This document shows, piece by piece, positions 43,067-43,329 of a DNA stretch of 43,329 bases. The notes below the pieces were generated by a model that did not search any database, was not told the origin of the DNA, and saw only the letters and a list, made by a program, of their open reading frames with translations. Source of the stretch: an uncultured Patescibacteria group bacterium (GTDB taxonomy: Bacteria > Patescibacteriota > Microgenomatia > UBA10105 > UBA927). Both the position numbers and the translations under genes were made by a program. Numbering within the stretch: position 1 is the first letter of the stretch; every line of letters begins with the position of its first letter. Where the stretch lies: assembly GCA_937921305.1 (NCBI GenBank), contig CAKZSU010000007.1:1-43329 (forward strand), written 5' to 3'.

Positions 43067-43200
43067 TCTGGCGGTGTACGTTCGAAAAAATTCGAACTGA
43101 TTTCGCCCAAAATTTGTAGGGCGGGCGGAATTCCTCCCAGACCCCCTTCCGTCCACCGCACCTGTTCGCCTCTGGCGGAGAAGCGACCCCTTTCGGATTG
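43067..43200. other. GC-rich, hairpin-dense non-coding segment of unknown identity downstream of valS
   Basis: Perfect hairpin GTTCGAA-AAAA-TTCGAAC (43080-43097). CGCCC-N10-GGGCG (about 43105-43124). Palindrome GGAATTCC. CGCC-TCT-GGCG hairpin (about 43167-43177). TCTGGCGG is repeated at 43067 and 43170. G+C is well above the flanking AT-rich sequence. No convincing ORF on either strand. Confidence 0.35.
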
Positions 43201-43329
43201 GACGATTTCAAGTTTTTCTTTGGCGACAAGTTCTTTCTTAAATTTCTATTTTTATTTTCTTTAATTCTTCTCCTATCCACCCTTCCGCTTCCTTCTCGTC
43301 TTTTTCTATTGCCATTTCACGCCTCGCTT

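Noticed and set aside
43067-43200. Assigning the GC-rich segment to SRP RNA, tmRNA, RNase P RNA or a known riboswitch.
   Set aside because: A GGAA tetraloop-like string is present on the minus strand, but the flanking conserved SRP helix-8 bases (AGCA and others) are absent. There is no GGUUCGA T-loop with a matching stem, no RNase P P4 core, and no riboswitch core that I recognise.
43023-43280. An 85-aa minus-strand ORF after valS.
   Set aside because: It has a GTG start and no SD. It overlaps the valS 3' end. The Lys/Arg/Asn-rich then Gly/Pro-rich composition simply mirrors the AT-rich and then GC-rich DNA. It is reported instead as an unassigned structured region.

Overview
This is a housekeeping-dense 43.3-kb chromosomal segment from a compact, small-genome bacterium. 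The gene content looks Patescibacteria/CPR-like: salvage-only purine genes, GapN, two PBP1A paralogs, VanW, a membrane-anchored orphan solute-binding protein, a DUF5667-like secreted protein and a short ValS. That taxonomic call is an inference from gene content only. I call 39 protein-coding genes, one of them open-ended at the left edge. I found no rRNA, tRNA, CRISPR array, transposase or integrase.

Gene order:
- An AT-rich surface-glycan block with three to four glycosyltransferases and a Wzm/Wzt-type ABC exporter.
- dprA-comM-yraN.
- Class II ribonucleotide reductase nrdJ with nrdR.
- A CPA2 antiporter.
- A purine-salvage island: P-loop kinase plus HD hydrolase, diverging from gpt-like, guaA, deaminase and a CBS-less guaB.
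- sod-PP2C-gapN.
- Tandem PBP1A genes.
- A translationally coupled carotenoid cluster: a CrtI-CrtB fusion, a fused two-repeat lycopene cyclase, a YkuK/DUF458 RNase-H-like protein and a ligand-less cupredoxin-like protein.
- An RRM RNA-binding protein, an alpha/beta hydrolase and groES-groEL with a CIRCE-like operator.
- An NTase-fold protein, an SBP with a long disordered N-terminus, VanW, an RfaE-II-like nucleotidyltransferase, tsaD and valS.

The most unusual item is the carotenoid cluster and its single-polypeptide desaturase-synthase. Secondary signals:
- Promoter -10 boxes abutting start codons, suggesting leaderless mRNAs, mixed with genes that have textbook Shine-Dalgarno (SD) sites.
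- An SD/anti-SD repeat leader upstream of the RRM gene.
- A short hairpin repeat family at gene 3' ends.
- Two strongly AT-rich compositional islands.
- An unexplained GC-rich structured segment after valS.

All family assignments come from motif recognition by eye. No database search was run.
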